DNA from: a candidate division FCPU426 bacterium
GTDB lineage: Bacteria > Oederibacteriota > JAAXVQ01 > JAUVAV01
Direction of reading: 5' to 3'
Length of the DNA stretch: 64,000 nt
Assembly: GCA_040756875.1 (NCBI GenBank)
Contig: JBFLYH010000003.1
Coordinates: 320,001 to 384,000 of the forward strand
The notes below the pieces were generated by a model. That model did not search any database. It was not told the origin of the DNA and saw nothing but the letters and a program-made list of their open reading frames with translations. The position numbers and the translations under genes were made by a program. Positions 35,806-44,563 of the stretch are shown here, piece after piece. Each line of letters starts with the position of its first letter. The stretch's first letter is position 1.

Positions 35806-37686
35806 TTAACGCACCACCACGAATTTGTTCTTGAGCAGCCGCTTCCCGGCCGCATCCTCCACCTTCAACATCACGTAATACACGCCGGGTGCAAGCGAGC
35901 GGATGTCCAGGTCTGTCACCGCGTTGCCTCGCTGGGCTTGGGGTTGCGCTTCCACGCTGGCCACGGTCTCTCCCACCGCATTAAAAACCACGATCCGGAC
36001 GCTGCCCGGCCCGCTGAACCTGTACATGAAGCGCGCCACTTCCCTGGCCGGCTGGGGATAGACCACGCTTTCTTCCGCCTGCAAAACGATCGGGGTGGTC
36101 GTGGAAGTCGGCGTGATGGTGAAGGTCAAGGTCCGCGTGGGCGTCACCGTGGAGGTGGGCGTGATCGTGAGCGTGGGGGTAATCGTGGGCGTGCGGGTGC
36201 GGGTCGGCGTGCGGGTGCGCGTGGGCGTGATCGTCGGGGTGGGCGTGATCGTGGGCGTGGCGGTGCGCGTGGGCGTGATCGTCGGCGTCGGGAAAATGCT
36301 CAGGGCCCGCAACAGGTTGATCCGGCCGCTGCCGATGGCCGTGGGATTGCCCGAATCCACGCTGTCGCAATTGGTCAGAATGCGGGTCCTGATCTGGGCG
36401 GCGGTCATGGAAGGCCAGGCCAGTTTGATCATGGCCGCCAGCGCCGACACCTGCGGGCATGAGAAGGAAGTGCCGTCCACGGCGGACCAGAACCCGGTGT
36501 TGGCGGTGGAAGTAACGCCGTTATCTTCGTACCACCCGGGGGAATATTCCTCCAAAGCTCCGCCCGGCGCCACGCAATCAAGCCGGTCGGCGTTGTACGG
36601 GTTGCAGTAGTTCGAATAATACGTCACGTAATCCTCGGCGTCCGTGGCGCCCACGCTCATGACGCTGGCGTAGCAGGCCGGATACCGCGGAGCGGAGGCG
36701 AGGTTGACGTTCTCGTTTCCGGCCGCCGCCACCATGACCTTGCCCAGCCCGTTCGCGTAATTGACCGCGGTCTGGATGAACGCCGAGTCCGTGCTGGTGG
36801 TAAAGCTCATGCTGATGACGTCGGCGCCGTTGTCCGCGGCCCAGGTGATGCCGTCGCCGATGTCGACGAACGTGCCGCTGGCGTTCAGGTCTAGCACTTT
36901 CACGGGCAGGATCTTGACCCGGTCGTCGTAGGCCGTGCCCGCCACGCCGCTGCTGTTGTTCGCTATGGCCGCGATGGTGCCGGCCGCGTGCGTGCCGTGG
37001 CCGAAAATCTGGCGGGTGCCGAACCAAATGTTGTCGTCATCCGTATTGGTGTTGTTGGCGACGAAGTTGTATCCGGTCAGCAGACGGCCGTTGAACTCCG
37101 CGTGATTCGCGTCCACGCCCGTGTCCAGCAAGGCCACGACCACCTGCTGGACGTTGAAGTAGTAATTCGCCGCCTTAGCCGCGTCCCCGCGCGTGCGGTT
37201 GATCCACCACTGCGCGAAACCGGTCTGGTAGTACGTATCGTTAAAGGAGCTGCCCAAGGGGGTGTAGGTGGTCGACAGGGCCGCGGCATAGACCCGGCCG
37301 TTCGGCTCCGCGACCTCGATCAGCGCATTGTCGCTCATGGCCGCCACGGCCTCGGCCACGGGCTGGCCCGCCGGAAGCTCCAGCAGCTCCCAATCCTTCA
37401 GCCGGGTCCGCTTCTTCACCTGAGTGCGGAAATGGCGGTGAAAGGCGGCTTGGGCCGAGGCCTTGTCCACGGCGCTGGCTTGGACCTGGGCGTTAAAACG
37501 CGCCTTGTCCGAGGCCGAAAATTCGCTCCGGTACTTGACCACCACCTCGCCGGCTACGTAATCCTGCGTTTGCTGACAGGGGTGGGGCAGGCTGGGAAGC
37601 TTGGTTTTGTCCGGCCGGCCGGCGGCCAAGGCCACAGCCGGAAGCAGGGAAACTGCCAGGATCCAAAAGGGCTTTGCAGGGCGCAT
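35806..37686 (-). CDS. S8 (subtilisin-like) serine protease with Thr/Pro linker and CTD
   Basis: Triad LLDTGV / GHGTHAAG / GTSFSCP, AAAGN, prodomain, C-terminal VYPQP...APGVYY...KFVVVR. Confidence 0.93.
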   Translation of the reverse strand: MRPAKPFWILAVSLLPAVALAAGRPDKTKLPSLPHPCQQTQDYVAGEVVVKYRSEFSASDKARFNAQVQASAVDKASAQAAFHRHFRTQVKKRTRLKDWELLELPAGQPVAEAVAAMSDNALIEVAEPNGRVYAAALSTTYTPLGSSFNDTYYQTGFAQWWINRTRGDAAKAANYYFNVQQVVVALLDTGVDANHAEFNGRLLTGYNFVANNTNTDDDNIWFGTRQIFGHGTHAAGTIAAIANNSSGVAGTAYDDRVKILPVKVLDLNASGTFVDIGDGITWAADNGADVISMSFTTSTDSAFIQTAVNYANGLGKVMVAAAGNENVNLASAPRYPACYASVMSVGATDAEDYVTYYSNYCNPYNADRLDCVAPGGALEEYSPGWYEDNGVTSTANTGFWSAVDGTSFSCPQVSALAAMIKLAWPSMTAAQIRTRILTNCDSVDSGNPTAIGSGRINLLRALSIFPTPTITPTRTATPTITPTPTITPTRTRTPTRTRTPTITPTLTITPTSTVTPTRTLTFTITPTSTTTPIVLQAEESVVYPQPAREVARFMYRFSGPGSVRIVVFNAVGETVASVEAQPQAQRGNAVTDLDIRSLAPGVYYVMLKVEDAAGKRLLKNKFVVVR

Positions 37687-37830
37687 GGGCGGACCTCTTT
37701 CCAATGCAGATTGGTTCAAGTATAGCAAGCCTTGTTGGCCTGCCGCAACCGCTTTCCTGTTTACAAACCCGCGCCGCCAAGCCTATAATGGGCCAATTTC
37801 AGCCGTTCGACTCTCAGGAGGAACGCCCCA

Positions 37831-38190
37831 ATGTCCATGCACGCCCATCATGGAGGTCCCAGCGATCTCGGCACGACCAAATCAGGATTAGACCCCACGG
37901 TCGCGGCCGCCTTGGCCTATCTGCTGGGATTTGTCAGCGGCATCCTCTTCTATATCGTGGAAAAAGACAACCCCTTCGTGCGCTTTCACGGGCTGCAATC
38001 CACCATCTTTTTCGGCGGATTGTTCCTGATCGTGGCCGTGTTGCACCAAATTCCCATCCTGGGCTTTATCCTGAACTTCATCCTGCTCATGGCCGCCTTT
38101 GCTGTCTGGCTGTTTCTGATGATCAAGGCCTCGCAGGGCATTGCGTTCAAGCTGCCCTTTATCGGCGACCTCGCGGAACGCAACCTCTAG
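37831..38190 (+). CDS. DUF4870-like small membrane protein
   Basis: AAALAYLLG...FVRFHGLQS...FKLPFIG. AGGAGG SD. Upstream TTTACA-18-TATAAT. Confidence 0.85.
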   Translation: MSMHAHHGGPSDLGTTKSGLDPTVAAALAYLLGFVSGILFYIVEKDNPFVRFHGLQSTIFFGGLFLIVAVLHQIPILGFILNFILLMAAFAVWLFLMIKASQGIAFKLPFIGDLAERNL

Positions 38191-38218
38191 GCCGCCCTCG
38201 TTTCAGGAGCCTGTCTGC

Positions 38219-38968
38219 ATGCTGAACGGCCTGCGCATCACAGTGGTGTTGCCCGCCTACAACGCCGCGAAAACCCTGGACCAAACCTACGCGGAAATCC
38301 CGCGCGAGATCGTGGACGACATTCTGCTGGTCGACGACCACAGCCGGGACGAAACCACGTCTAAAGCCCGCCAGTTGGGCATCGAAACCCACGAGCACGC
38401 TTCCAACCTGGGCTACGGCGGCAACCAAAAAACCTGCTACCGCCTGGCCTTGGACAAGCGGGCCGACATCATCGTCATGCTCCATCCTGATTATCAATAC
38501 ACGCCCAAGCTGCTGCGGGCCATGTGCGCCATGATCGCGGATGGCGTCTACGACGTGGTCCTGGGCTCGCGCATTCTCACCGGCGGCGCGCTGCAGGGCG
38601 GCATGCCTTTTTATAAATACCTGAGTAACCGCCTGCTCACGCTCCTGGAAAACTGGCTGCTGGGCGCCAAACTTTCCGAATACCACACCGGTTACCGGGC
38701 TTACCGGCGCGAGGTGCTGGAGAAAATCCCCTTTGACCGTTTCTCCAACGACTTCATCTTCGACAACCAGTTCCTGATCGCGGTGATCCAACAAGGCTGG
38801 CGCCTGGGTGAACTTTCCTGCCCCACCCGTTATTTCCCCGACGCCTCCTCCATCAATTTCAGCCGCAGCCTGCGCTACGGCCTCCTGTGCCTGTGGTACG
38901 CCTGGCTGGCCAGCTGGTCCCTGTTTCCCCGTCGATTCCGCCGGTTTTTCGGCTCGGATTCCCCTTAA
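38219..38968 (+). CDS. GT2 glycosyltransferase (DPM1-like)
   Basis: VVLPAYNAA, LVDDHSRD, NLGYGGNQK, HPDYQY, EYHTGYRAY. Confidence 0.93.
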   Translation: MLNGLRITVVLPAYNAAKTLDQTYAEIPREIVDDILLVDDHSRDETTSKARQLGIETHEHASNLGYGGNQKTCYRLALDKRADIIVMLHPDYQYTPKLLRAMCAMIADGVYDVVLGSRILTGGALQGGMPFYKYLSNRLLTLLENWLLGAKLSEYHTGYRAYRREVLEKIPFDRFSNDFIFDNQFLIAVIQQGWRLGELSCPTRYFPDASSINFSRSLRYGLLCLWYAWLASWSLFPRRFRRFFGSDSP

Positions 38969-39072
38969 ATAACCGTTGTTTTATAGTTTTCAGGGTTTCC
39001 GCACACTTGACGTTAATAACTATGATATAATCCTTAGTAGGAATTCTACCTAACGTGAAGGGAGTGGCTCTT

Positions 39073-39273
39073 GTGGAACAGGAATGCGAGTTGCTTTCCA
39101 AATGCGGATTCTTTAGAAAGTATCAAAATACCCGGGAACTCGCCTGCCAGGGATTCATCCTGCAGTATTGCCGGGGTCCTAAAATGAACGATTGCAAGCG
39201 CAAAGAATATCGCAAGCAGCACAATGCGCCGCCAGTGGACGACATGCTGCCGACCGGGGATATTTTTAAATAG
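39073..39273 (+). CDS. Small Cys-rich hypothetical protein
   Basis: GTG start after AAGGGAG SD, five Cys, upstream extended -10 TGaTATAAT (39023-39031). Confidence 0.7.
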   Translation: MEQECELLSKCGFFRKYQNTRELACQGFILQYCRGPKMNDCKRKEYRKQHNAPPVDDMLPTGDIFK

Positions 39274-39328
39274 ATAAATTTTTCAACCAGGATATTAAAG
39301 CAGGCGGTACGGCCGAGGCAGCGCCGTA

Positions 39329-39757
39329 TCACCTGCTTTTTTTTTGCCTGTCCAACCAGGTTTGCAGAATCAGGGTGGCAGCCAGTTTGTCCGCTACCGC
39401 CCGTTTCTTGGCGCCGGACATGTTGGTCTCGGACAGAACGCGTTGGGCTGCAGCGGTGGTCAGGCGTTCGTCCGCGTACTCCACCGTAACACCCGCGGCC
39501 AGTGCCAGTTGTTCGCCGAATGCCCGCACCTCTTCCGCAGCCGGCCCTTCTTCCCCGCTCAGGCGCCGGGGCAGCCCCACCACGATGCGGACCACTTGTC
39601 TGTCCCGCACCAAGGCGGCGATTTCGGACATCAGGGTTTTTTCACGATTGGCGAGCACGACCAACGGCTGGGCGGTCAGCCCGAGGGGATCGGACAACGC
39701 CAGCCCGATGCGTCGCGACCCGTAATCCACGCCCAGTACGCGCCCCGGCAAACCCAT
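39329..39757 (-). CDS. ruvX: YqgF/RuvX nuclease
   Basis: LGVDYGSRRIGLALSD, VVGLP, DERLTT, DKLAATLILQ. Confidence 0.95.
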   Translation of the reverse strand: MGLPGRVLGVDYGSRRIGLALSDPLGLTAQPLVVLANREKTLMSEIAALVRDRQVVRIVVGLPRRLSGEEGPAAEEVRAFGEQLALAAGVTVEYADERLTTAAAQRVLSETNMSGAKKRAVADKLAATLILQTWLDRQKKSR

Positions 39758-41430
39758 CACATCCGGCCTGAGCGCAGAATGGCCAGGATCAACAGCAGGC
39801 CGAAGACCCCGGCCAGCACAAACCCGGCCAGGCCCAGCAGGGAAAGCCCTCCCCATTGCGGACCGATCTGTGAAGCCAGGATCCAGGCCGAACCCAGGAT
39901 CAGCGAAGCCACCACCAGGGCCACGGACAGGCGGTTGCCGGTCCGGTCCAAATCGTAGCGAAGCTCCTCCAGGCCTTTGTGCTCGAACTCCATTTTGAAA
40001 TGCCCCCGCTGCAGCTTGTCCAGCAGGTCCTGCAGCCTGCCCGGCAGGCTGGTGAGGAAACGGCGCAGGTCCTGCATTTGCCTGACTGCGCGTTCGGCCA
40101 GCTGGCGGGGCTCGAAACGCCGGCGCAGGATGGCGGTGGCCATTGGCTGCGCGGCTTCGACCAGGTTGAGTTTGGGATTGAGTTTGCGCGCCATGCCTTC
40201 GGCGCCCAAAAAGGTTTTGACCAGCACCACGAAATCCGGCGGCAGTTGGATGCGATGCTTGAGCGAGAGCCCCACAAGTTCCTGGAGGGAGTTGCCCACG
40301 GAAATGCGGGCGACCGGCAGGTCGTAATATTGCTCCAAAAATACGGTCGCATCGCGTGTCAGGGCCCGGCGGTCCAGGTTCTCGTCCGCCGTTCCCAGTC
40401 GCAGGTAGGCGTCCACCAGGGCCTCGGTGTCCTGGTTGGCCAGGGCCAGCAGCATGTCCGTGAACGCGGCCACGGTTTCCCCGTCCAGGCGCCCGACCTG
40501 GCCGGCGTCGATGAAGGCCAGTTTGCCGGCCGGCGTGAGCAGGAAATTGCCCGCGTGCGGGTCGGCGTGGAAAAACCGGTCTTCCAGGGCCATGTAAATG
40601 TAAGCGTCGATCAAGTGCTGGGCCAGCCGCTGCCGCCGTTCGGCGGACAGCTTGGGCAGGGCCTGGTTGAGTTTGCGGCCGGGAATGTACTCGAGGGTCA
40701 GGCAGCGGGGCGTGGAAAGGTTCCAATAAACCTTGGCGAACTGGTAACCCGGACGTTCCTTAAAATTCCTGGCCAGGCGTTCCAGGTTGCGGCCTTCGCG
40801 CAGGAAATCCAGCTCCGCCTGGATCAACTGTTCGAACTCGTCCACGAACTCCACGGGGCGGCGGGGCAGCGCTTCGGGTTGGATGTTTTCCCACGCGCGG
40901 GCGATGACCCGCACGATTTGCAGATCCGACTCCACGCGGCGCCGCAGGTCCGGCCGCTGCAGCTTGACCACGACCTGGTGTCCGTCCCGGGTCACGGCCC
41001 GGTGCACCTGGGCGATCGAAGCCGCAGCCAGCGGCGAAACCTGAAAAGACTTGAAAAGCTGCTGCACCGGCGCGCCCAATTCCGCGCGGATGATTTCCCG
41101 CGGAGTGGGCTGCGTGAACGGCGCCACCCTGTCCTGCAGCTTGGACAATTCCTGCACATACGCCGGCGGCAGCAAATCCGGCCGCATGGACAGCACCTGG
41201 CCCAGCTTGATGAAGGTCGGGCCCAGTTCCTCCAGCATTTGCCGCAGCCTCGTCGGGACGGCGACCTTGGGCTTGACCGGGCGGGAGACCCTGGCCTTGG
41301 CCGGCAGGTAGGCGCCCAAGTGCAGTTGCGACACCAGGAAACCGAAACCGTATTTCGTCAGGATGGTGAGGATTTCACCCAGACGGTTCAGATCCTGGAT
41401 CGCGCTGCCGAGGCCGGCCAGGGGCATCAT
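39757..41430 (-). CDS. AarF/UbiB/ABC1 family atypical kinase
   Basis: LGPTFIKLGQ, AASIAQVH, KLQRP, FFHADPHAGN, two C-terminal TM helices. Confidence 0.93.
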   Translation of the reverse strand: MMPLAGLGSAIQDLNRLGEILTILTKYGFGFLVSQLHLGAYLPAKARVSRPVKPKVAVPTRLRQMLEELGPTFIKLGQVLSMRPDLLPPAYVQELSKLQDRVAPFTQPTPREIIRAELGAPVQQLFKSFQVSPLAAASIAQVHRAVTRDGHQVVVKLQRPDLRRRVESDLQIVRVIARAWENIQPEALPRRPVEFVDEFEQLIQAELDFLREGRNLERLARNFKERPGYQFAKVYWNLSTPRCLTLEYIPGRKLNQALPKLSAERRQRLAQHLIDAYIYMALEDRFFHADPHAGNFLLTPAGKLAFIDAGQVGRLDGETVAAFTDMLLALANQDTEALVDAYLRLGTADENLDRRALTRDATVFLEQYYDLPVARISVGNSLQELVGLSLKHRIQLPPDFVVLVKTFLGAEGMARKLNPKLNLVEAAQPMATAILRRRFEPRQLAERAVRQMQDLRRFLTSLPGRLQDLLDKLQRGHFKMEFEHKGLEELRYDLDRTGNRLSVALVVASLILGSAWILASQIGPQWGGLSLLGLAGFVLAGVFGLLLILAILRSGRM

Positions 41431-41433
41431 GGA

Positions 41434-41760
41434 TTAGCGTTTGGCTTTCTTCTTGGGCGCCGCCTGCTTGTTGAGCTGGCGCTCCAACTCCTTGATCCGC
41501 CGCTCCATCTTGTTGAGCTGCGCCTGCGTGGCCAAGTTCATTTTCTGATAGGTGGCCGAAACCTGCGTGCCGACGGTCTTTTGCACGTCCTTCCGCGCCG
41601 CCTCAACTTTTTGCAGCATATCGGCCAGCACCTTTTTGCCTTCCTGTTCGCGGATCTGCCCCTGTTCCACCAGTTCCTTGACTACCCGCTGGGCCCGTTC
41701 CTTGGTCAGGCTCAGCGCGCCTACTCCGGCGAGAAAAGCTTTCTTAATGACGTCCTGCAT
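41434..41760 (-). CDS. Phasin-like / PHA granule-associated family protein
   Basis: IKKAFLAGVGALSLTKE...ELVEQG...EGKK, coiled coil, basic tail. Upstream of the UbiB kinase. Confidence 0.75.
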   Translation of the reverse strand: MQDVIKKAFLAGVGALSLTKERAQRVVKELVEQGQIREQEGKKVLADMLQKVEAARKDVQKTVGTQVSATYQKMNLATQAQLNKMERRIKELERQLNKQAAPKKKAKR

Positions 41761-41836
41761 GGGTTCCTCCTCGATGGGTGAAGATGTCGGCTCGCAGAGC
41801 CGTTATGCTCGCTTCCCGCCTTGCGGGAAGCAGAGT

Positions 41837-41930
41837 ATTTGAGCAGGCGAACAGTTGATCAGTAGATCGTTTCATCAGACAAATGCTCGCCTGCTCAAAT
41901 GCGGTCTACTGTTCACCTGCTCAACTGTTC
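41837..41930. repeat. Degenerate 8-bp repeats forming a hairpin at the alaS 3' end
   Basis: ATTTGAGCAGGCGA (41837-41850) / TCGCCTGCTCAAAT (41887-41900) perfect 14-bp IR. Same GAGCAGGT/GAACAGGT units as at 9265-9362. Confidence 0.65.
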
Positions 41931-44563
41931 ATCTTTGGATTGAACTTCTTAAACACTTCATTAATGTAGTGTTCTTCTAAAACGCTGGCTAATTTTGACG
42001 AATCCTTCAAGCCTCCTTGACCAAAGTCGGGACGCCCACCCGCTGATCCCCCAAAAGGAGAGACCAGAGCCTTCAGAAATTCACCGTTGTTAAACCCACT
42101 GTTCACTACCGATGCGGTTGCAGTAGCAGCAATAAAGGTCTTATCGTTTAAGATACTGCCTAAAACGACGAAGCCATCATCCATTTTTTGTTTTAAGGCA
42201 TCGGCTGCAGTACGTAAGGCACCGGCATCGAGCCCCGGCAATTCCGCAGCGATATAGTAATAATCTCCGATTTTTTTTCTTTTTTTCAATAATTCATCAA
42301 CATCTTTACCGGCCTGCTTGACCTGGAGTTTCTCGCGCTCCTTCTCCAATTCCCGCACGCGGGCCGCGAGTTTTTCCACCCGGGCCGGAAGCTCCGCCGT
42401 CTGGACCCGCAGGGTCTCGGCCGCGTCCCGCAGCAGGCGCTGCTCCCGCTTGGTTTCCCGGTAGGCTCCCTCGCCGGTCACGGCTTCGATACGGCGGACC
42501 CCGGCCGCTACGCTGGCTTCGGTCAGGATGCGCAGCAGCCCGATTTCACCAGTGGCGCGCACGTGCGTGCCGCCGCAGAGTTCGCAGGAAAACTGGTCCA
42601 CGCTGACCATGCGCACCCAGTCGCCGTACTTCTCGCCGAACAGGGCCATGGCGCCCCGCGCCTTGGCGGCTTCAATCGAAAGTTCCTCCACCGAGACCGG
42701 CGCGTTCTCGCGGATGTGGCCGTTGACGATCTCCTCGATCCGGTCCAGCTCGCGCGGATTCACGGCCTGAAAGTGGGAGAAATCGAAGCGGAAGCCGTCC
42801 GGCCTGACCTCCGAGCCCGCCTGCTCCACGTGCCGTCCCAGCACCTGGCGCAGGGCGGCGTGCAGCAGATGGGTGGCCGTATGGTTCCTGGCCGTGGCGG
42901 CGCGTTCCTGGTTCAGCACGTTCGCGCTGACCGCCTGCTGGACCGCGGCCGCGCCCTCCACCACCCGGCCCTGGTGCAAAAACACCCCGGCCGGGCTTTT
43001 TTGCACGTCCGTGACCTCTATCCGCAATCCGGCAGCCGTCAATTCGCCTTGGTCAGCCACCTGGCCACCCGAGGCGGCGTAGAACGGCGTGGTGTCCAGG
43101 ACCACGGTCACTTCGCTGCCTGCCGGCGCGGATTCGCAGCGCTGGTCGCCGCACAACAAAGCCAGGATTTTCGCGTCGGCCTTCAGCTGCTGGTACCCCA
43201 CGAACCGGGTGGGACCGGCCTGGGCTTCGAGCTGCTGCACCACCGGCGAAAGCGCGCGTTCGCCGCTGCCCACCCAGGCCGAGCGCGCGCGTTCGCGCTG
43301 TTCTTCCATGGCCTGCTGAAAACCCGCCTCGTCCAACCCGAGCTTGTGCTCCTGGGCGATCTCGCGCGTGAGGTCCAGGGGGAACCCGTAGGTGTCGTAG
43401 AGCTGGAAGATCCGCTTGCCGGGGATGACGGGTTTCTTTTGGGCCTTCATCTCGGCGATGATGTCGTTGAGAATGGCCAGCCCCGAGTCCAGGGTGTGCT
43501 GGAACCGTTCCTCCTCGCTGCGCACCACGGCTTCGGCGTGCGCCGCATGCTCCACGAGTTCAGGATACGCTTCGCCCATCAGTTGCGTCACGTCAGGCAC
43601 CAACCGGTACAGAAAGCGCTCGTTGAGCCCCAGCAGCTTCCCGTGGCGAACGGCCCGGCGCACGATGCGCCGCAGCACGTAGCCCCGGCCTTCGTTGCCC
43701 GGCAGCACGCCGTCCGCGATCAGGAAGGCCGCGCACCGCACGTGGTCGGCGATCACCCGCAGCGAGCTGTCCGCTCTCGGGTCCTTGCCGTAGCGCGTCA
43801 TGGTCTCCTTGGCAATGGACTGGATGAGGGGCTGGAACAGGTCCGTGTCGAAATTCGAGGGTACGCCCTGATGCACCGCAGCCAGGCGTTCGAGCCCCAT
43901 GCCGGTGTCGATGTTCTTCTGCGGCAGGGGCGTGAGCGAGCCGTCCGCCTGCCGGTCGTACTGCGTGAACACCAGGTTCCAGACCTCCAGATAGCGGTCT
44001 TCGTCCTGGTCCGGCCCGGCTTCCGGCTTGCCGGGTTTGGGGCCGATGTCATAGAGGATTTCGCTGCAGGGGCCGCAGGGGCCGGTTTCACCCATGGTCC
44101 AGAAGTTGGTCTTCTCGCCCATGCGCACGATGCGCTTCTCGGGAACGCCCACCTGATTTTTCCAAATGGCGTGGGCTTCGTCGTCCTCGCGGTGCACGGT
44201 GATCCAGAGTTTTTCCTTGTCCAGGCCGATGACGTTCACCAGGAAGTCCCAGGACCACTGGATGGCGTCGGTCTTGAAATAATCGCCGAAGGAAAAATTG
44301 CCCAGCATTTCGAAGAAAGTGTGGTGCCGCGGGGTGAAGCCGACGTTCTCGATGTCGTTGGTGCGCACGCATTTCTGGGAAGTGGCGGCGCGGGTGAAAG
44401 GTTTGGGCACGGTGCCCAAAAAATAAGGTTTGAACTGCACCATGCCGGCCACCGTAAACAGCACGGTGGGATCAGCCGGTACCAGGCTGGCGCTGGGCCG
44501 GATGGTGTGGCCCTGCGCCTGGAAATAGTCGAGAAACTTTTTCCGGATTTCTTTGCTCGTCAT
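41921..44563 (-). CDS. alaS: Alanine--tRNA ligase
   Basis: LFTVAGMVQFKP, HHTFFEMLGNFSFGDYFK, DTGMGLER, NHTATHLLH, ELCGGTH. Confidence 0.98.
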   Translation of the reverse strand: MTSKEIRKKFLDYFQAQGHTIRPSASLVPADPTVLFTVAGMVQFKPYFLGTVPKPFTRAATSQKCVRTNDIENVGFTPRHHTFFEMLGNFSFGDYFKTDAIQWSWDFLVNVIGLDKEKLWITVHREDDEAHAIWKNQVGVPEKRIVRMGEKTNFWTMGETGPCGPCSEILYDIGPKPGKPEAGPDQDEDRYLEVWNLVFTQYDRQADGSLTPLPQKNIDTGMGLERLAAVHQGVPSNFDTDLFQPLIQSIAKETMTRYGKDPRADSSLRVIADHVRCAAFLIADGVLPGNEGRGYVLRRIVRRAVRHGKLLGLNERFLYRLVPDVTQLMGEAYPELVEHAAHAEAVVRSEEERFQHTLDSGLAILNDIIAEMKAQKKPVIPGKRIFQLYDTYGFPLDLTREIAQEHKLGLDEAGFQQAMEEQRERARSAWVGSGERALSPVVQQLEAQAGPTRFVGYQQLKADAKILALLCGDQRCESAPAGSEVTVVLDTTPFYAASGGQVADQGELTAAGLRIEVTDVQKSPAGVFLHQGRVVEGAAAVQQAVSANVLNQERAATARNHTATHLLHAALRQVLGRHVEQAGSEVRPDGFRFDFSHFQAVNPRELDRIEEIVNGHIRENAPVSVEELSIEAAKARGAMALFGEKYGDWVRMVSVDQFSCELCGGTHVRATGEIGLLRILTEASVAAGVRRIEAVTGEGAYRETKREQRLLRDAAETLRVQTAELPARVEKLAARVRELEKEREKLQVKQAGKDVDELLKKRKKIGDYYYIAAELPGLDAGALRTAADALKQKMDDGFVVLGSILNDKTFIAATATASVVNSGFNNGEFLKALVSPFGGSAGGRPDFGQGGLKDSSKLASVLEEHYINEVFKKFNPKMNS

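Noticed and set aside
39329-40726. 465-aa ORF ending in RuvX, and similar long extensions of envC (to 27602), dusB (to 23357) and tsaD (to 24355)
   Set aside because: The extensions overlap neighbouring genes or spacers in stop-poor GC-rich frames. Homology begins only at the downstream starts.
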